A stretch of 64,000 nucleotides of DNA, from assembly GCA_951406725.2 (NCBI GenBank), contig OX597830.1, positions 51,646,001 through 51,710,000 of the forward strand. Direction: 5' to 3'. Each line of letters opens with the position of its first letter. Positions within the stretch are counted from its first letter, which is position 1. This document shows positions 59,055 through 64,000 of the stretch, one piece after another. Position numbers and translations under genes: made by a program. Below the pieces are notes generated by a model, which saw only the letters and a list, made by a program, of their open reading frames with translations, was not told the origin of the DNA and ran no database searches. This DNA comes from Octopus vulgaris (taxonomy: Eukaryota).

Positions 59055-59399
59055 CATATATCACCGTGAATGACCAGGCTATCTCAGATGTTGCTATACA
59101 TCGCTGTACACAATGCGCTCCACACCAACCGGTGTTGGTGTGTTTACTCCCCCGTAACGTAGCGGTTTGGCAAAGTGACTGATGGAATAGGTACCAGGCT
59201 TAAAGAAAATGAAAACCCTAAGTACTTGGGTGGATTCATTCTACTGTTACTTATTCCAGACTGTGCCCCAGCATGGCCGCAGTCTAATGAATGAAATAAG
59301 CAAAAGATAAAAAAATATAAAAGATATATGTTTTTTATGATATTAAGAACGACATTTACTGTGATAATCAATGATTATCGTGATTTTTTTTCTATTTAG

Positions 59400-59509
59400 C
59401 TCTGTTTCAAGCTGGTGGTATTCCATTACTGCAAGAAGATGATACGTATCAGCATCTTTGTTTCCCAGTCGATGTTCCAATTAACAACGAAAAGGTGGAT
59501 TGTGTTTAT
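59400..59509 (+). CDS. NIDO-domain protein exon (ALFQAGGIPLLQEDDTYQHLCFPVDVPINNEKVDCVY)
   Basis: tctatttag|CT...TAT|gtaagt; 110 nt, phase 1 to 0, open frame; resembles the LF..G...DD...FP.....Y segment preceding NIDO domains. Confidence 0.85.
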
Positions 59510-59592
59510 GTAAGTATCTTCACATTTTTAAGTCTTGTATAATTTATAAGAAATATAACAAAAAAAAAATCCAATTTTTTCACCCTTATTTT

Positions 59593-59641
<49 letters not shown>

Positions 59642-59649
59642 CATGCATA

Positions 59650-60045
59650 GGTGTCGCTGTGTGTTAAGAAGCATGCTTCCTAACCACATGATTCCAGGTT
59701 CAGTAACACTTCGTGACACTGTGGGCAAGTGTCTTCTACTATAGCCTCGGGCCGACCAAAGCCTTGTGAGTGGATTTGATAGACGGAAACTGAAAGAAGC
59801 CCGTCGTATATGTATGTATATTTATGAATGTGTCTTTGAGTCTCTGTTTGTCCTCCTACTATCGCGTGACAAAAAATGCTGGTGTGTTTATTTCCTGTAA
59901 CTTAGCGACTCGGCAAAAGACACCGATGGAATAAGTACTAGGCTTACAACGAATAAGTCGTGGGATTAATTTCTCCGATTAAAATCCTTTAAGGCGGTGC
60001 TCCTGCATGGCCGCAGTCAAATGGCTGAAACGTGCAAGGGAGTAA
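59650..60045 (+). mobile_element. SINE family B (intron); a 3' fragment also at 59120-59310
   Basis: Family B motifs. Confidence 0.82.
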
Positions 60046-60095
60046 AAGACAATATGTGCATGAGTGTTTGTGTATGTGTATATGTGTACACACAT

Positions 60096-60570
60096 GTATG
60101 TATGTATGTATGTATGTATGTATGTATGTATGTATGTATGTATGTTTGTATGTATGTTTGTTTGTATGTATGTATGTATGTATGTATGTATGTATGTATG
60201 CATGCATGCATGTATGTATGTATGTATGTATGTGTATGTATGTATGTATGTATGTATGTATGTATGTTTGTTTGTATGTATGTATGTATGTATGTATGTA
60301 TGTATGTATGTATGTATGTATGTATGTATGTATGTATGTATGTATGTATGTATGTATGTATGTATGTATGTGTATGTATGTATGTATGTATGTATGTATG
60401 TATGTATGTATGTATGTATGTATTTATGTATGTATGTATGTATATATATATGTATGTATGCATGTGTGTGTGTATGTATGTATGTATGTATGCATGTATG
60501 TATGTATGTATGCATGTATGTATGTATGTATGTATGTATGTATGTATGTATGTATGTATGCATATGTATG
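60096..60570. repeat. (TATG)n microsatellite, ~470 bp
   Basis: Direct inspection. Confidence 0.97.
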
Positions 60571-60660
60571 TTGCTCAATGTCAAACGAATGAGAAAGAAG
60601 TGTTCGGTATATGTATATTTAAAATGATATACGCATGATTTTATATATTCTATATTTCAG

Positions 60661-60969
60661 ATTTATGTAAATGGATTGATAAGCACCAAGCCTACGTTCA
60701 GCTATGAGGCCGAAAATCTTCAGTCTTCAGATTCATATACGTTTGCGCCTTTCTGGTCAGACATTGATATTCGTGCACAAGGAAGCGTATCCTACAGGGA
60801 GGTAGAAAAATATCCCGTATCTCGAGATAGCACTACTCACACCAGTCTCTTAGGCGAAATAAATGAATTTATTAAGACGAAAGGACAGATTAATAATTTT
60901 GACACAGTATACGCATTGATTGTTACTTGGACAAAGGTTATACCTCATCTTGCAGCACCAACGGAAAAG
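60661..60969 (+). CDS. NIDO-domain protein exon (IYVNGLIS...FAPFWSDID...GSVSYRE...ALIVTWTKV...EK)
   Basis: tatttcag|ATT...AAG|gttagt; 309 nt phase 0-0; NIDO-region motifs YVNGLIS, APFWSDID, LIVTW. Confidence 0.92.
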
Positions 60970-61430
60970 GTTAGTAAGTGAAACTCAAACAGATAGATGG
61001 CAAATTTATTGAGTATAATTTATGATGTCTTGCCATGTGATAATATTTTTTTCAGAAAAACATTTTATGTATAAAGATATGATTGAATACTCATAAATGA
61101 TTCTTGCAAACAATTGTATTTATTTTTCTCTCAATCAGTCGGCATACCGAATCGTGCACGGTACACTGTGCAACCCTATCAGGTTATTGCATTATCTTAG
61201 CATGAACTCGATGTAGCTCATATATAATTCGTGTATTCATTAAACGATATTTAATTTTTACTGAATAGAATACTTCTTTGCTGATCTTGTCAAAAAGTGA
61301 ACAGTATGTTATACACACATTATCTCCAAACGCACACATTCATATTTACGAATATGTGTGCGAGTGCGTGTATGTGTTTGTGCGTGCGTGCGTCTGCGTA
61401 TGTGTGTGACTGAGAGAGAGACAGACAGAC

Positions 61431-61493
<63 letters not shown>

Positions 61494-62066
61494 GAATGAC
61501 AGACAGAGAATGCAATATGACAGATGACAGATATAGATGGGTAGTTATTCTTTATGTTTAACTGTAAGAATAGCTTACTACGGTGTGACTCAAACATAGG
61601 TATCACCTACAAAGTACGCTCCCGTAGATGCTCAATTAGGGAAACAACTATATCAATAGTTCTAATCTTCTGCAGCCGATATCCGATTTTGAGGCAGAAG
61701 GTAAGCCTAACGGGAGGGGTTGGAAAGAATACCAGGTTTGTGGATCTTAAGAAGACAGAGGATGATTTTGAGGTTGAATGGCTCAGCCATATATATATGT
61801 TTGTGTGTGTTTTTACGTGCCTCTTGCCACGGCCGGCTGTCTGTCTTTTTCTTACTTGATAATGAGCCACAGATTCTTTCTGCTGATGTGAGGAGCAGTA
61901 AATCACCATTTACTATAGATAGACCGATTCTTGTTGGTACTATTATTTTTTTTTCTAGTCTCACGTACTTGGGTTTGAGAGGGACGTGGCTTCTGTATCT
62001 GTGGTAGCCTTTTTCTGTCTCCTACTATATAGTGCAGTATGCGAGTTTGTTAATAACTTGCTCAGC

Positions 62067-62105
<39 letters not shown>

Positions 62106-62108
<3 letters not shown>

Positions 62109-62439
62109 CGTCACCGTCACCGTCACCGTCACCGTCACCGTCACCGTCACCGTCACCGTCACCGAGCAGGCTATCAGATGTTGGTACACATCGCTGGTCA
62201 CAATGCGCTTCGCATTGTTTTAGCCTTCAAATGACGCCACCCCGCTGGCTAAGCGAGCAGGCCAACAAAAGAAAGAGTGAGAGAAAGTTGTGGCGAAAGA
62301 ATACAGCAGGGATCCCCACCGGCCCCTGCCGGAGGTTGTGGAGCTTTAGGTGTTTTCGTTCAATAAGCACTCACAACGCCCGGTCTGGGAATCGAAAGCG
62401 CGATCCGCTGCCCCAACCACTGGGCCATTGCGCCTCCAC

Positions 62440-62440
<1 letters not shown>
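62106..62440 (-). mobile_element. SINE family C variant ending in a (CACCGT)n tract (62106-62164)
   Basis: Head reverse complement at 62340-62439; hexanucleotide repeat tail. Confidence 0.78.
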
Positions 62441-62479
<39 letters not shown>

Positions 62480-62530
62480 ATGTGTGTGTGTGTGTGTATA
62501 TACTCTTACTCTTTTATTTGTTTCCGTCAT

Positions 62531-62591
<61 letters not shown>

Positions 62592-62593
<2 letters not shown>

Positions 62594-62676
62594 TTATTAT
62601 ATAGAAGGAGCTTCTACAGGACTAGAACTGTTTCATTCAAGAGAAATCATCAGGAAGCTCCTTCTATATAATAAAT
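62592..62676 (-). ncRNA. Type I hammerhead ribozyme with 23-bp stem I, antisense in an intron
   Basis: Minus strand ...GGAGCTTC-CTGATGA-tTTC-TCTT-GAAt-GAAACAG-TTCTAGTC-CTGTA-GAAGCTCC...; 62592-62614 is the reverse complement of 62654-62676. Confidence 0.78.
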
Positions 62677-63182
62677 TAATTTTACTCTGCTATGTATTGA
62701 GTACCTTATTTACTGTGGTTAACCCCGAATCAACCCGGGACCTACATATATATATATATATATATATGTATGTATATATACATGTATGTATATATACATG
62801 TATGTATATATACATGTAAATATTTACATATATGTACACGCACGCACGAACACACACATTATCACACACACATATATATTGAACATTTAATACCTATCTT
62901 TATATGAGGTACTTTGCAAGATATGTATAGTTTCTAGAATAATTATGTAACTATGATGGTATTTGATGTAAGGCGAGGGCGCTCCTTAACATATTGAATA
63001 ACATAGCTGTTTTTTTCTCTTATAAGTTTGTGTGGTGTGTGTATGTGTGTATGGCTATACATTTATATGTGTGCACATACAAAAGCTCATAAAGATAAAT
63101 ATGTTTCATATAGGTTAGTATTTAATCTACCGAATATAGCAACATCACTTGAATAAATTATTTATTTTTCATATTTTTGTAG

Positions 63183-63381
63183 AGCTTAACATTCCAGTTT
63201 ATTTTGGCTACGGACGGAGCATTTACATACGCTGCTTACATATACGATACTTGCAACGCGAACTGGGATTTCGTGTTTGATGTGGCAATGGGATATGCTG
63301 CTGGTGCTACTAACGTTTACAACAATTTAAAGTCATTAACGGATACCATTATTAGTGATAGTCTGCTACCTGGGAGAGAGG
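63183..63381 (+). CDS. NIDO-domain protein exon (SLTFQFILATDGAFTYAAYIY...W...GY.AG...); gene continues beyond window
   Basis: tttttgtag|AGC...GAG G|gtaagg; 199 nt phase 0 to 1; NIDO core motif TFQxxLATDG. Confidence 0.92.
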
Positions 63382-63414
63382 GTAAGGCATTTTATTTCAA
63401 TATATAAATAACTT

Positions 63415-64000
<586 letters not shown>

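Noticed and set aside
60970-60979. Alternative donor gtaagt at 60974
   Set aside because: Would shift the frame relative to the phase-0 acceptor at 63183; the donor at 60970 keeps the NIDO frame

Overview
Eukaryotic, AT-rich, repeat-saturated genomic DNA. The SINE families and microsatellite content look like an octopus (coleoid cephalopod) genome; this is inferred, not proven. The only host gene found starts at about 53.9 kb on the + strand. It is a spliced, secreted protein (ATG | signal peptide | Thr-rich mucin-like stretch | NIDO domain) with six GT-AG exons that join in frame and run off the window end. The rest is tRNA-derived SINEs (4 families), decayed LINEs (CR1/L2-like, R4/Dong, Tx1, RTE), Tc1/mariner remnants and MITEs, a Penelope-like (GIY-YIG) remnant and very many microsatellites. 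Most ORF-track entries are microsatellite artefacts. The main hidden signal is a dense set of mutually unrelated small non-coding elements inserted in (TA)n tracts, arranged as tandem plus inverted copies. Each carries a type I hammerhead ribozyme (stem I-CUGANGA-stem II-GAAA-short, often palindromic stem III-NUH-stem I). Clear motifs lie at about 19.7, 20.5, 34.9, 35.4, 36.2, 37.4, 42.3, 47.3 and 62.6 kb; decayed ones lie at 6.8, 9.5, 10.8, 12.1, 30.1, 31.9 and 45.8 kb. They include a near-identical 533-bp tandem array predicted to release a 533-nt retrozyme-like RNA. A separate 550-bp repeat begins with a candidate HDV-like ribozyme. All folds were made by eye and none is tested.
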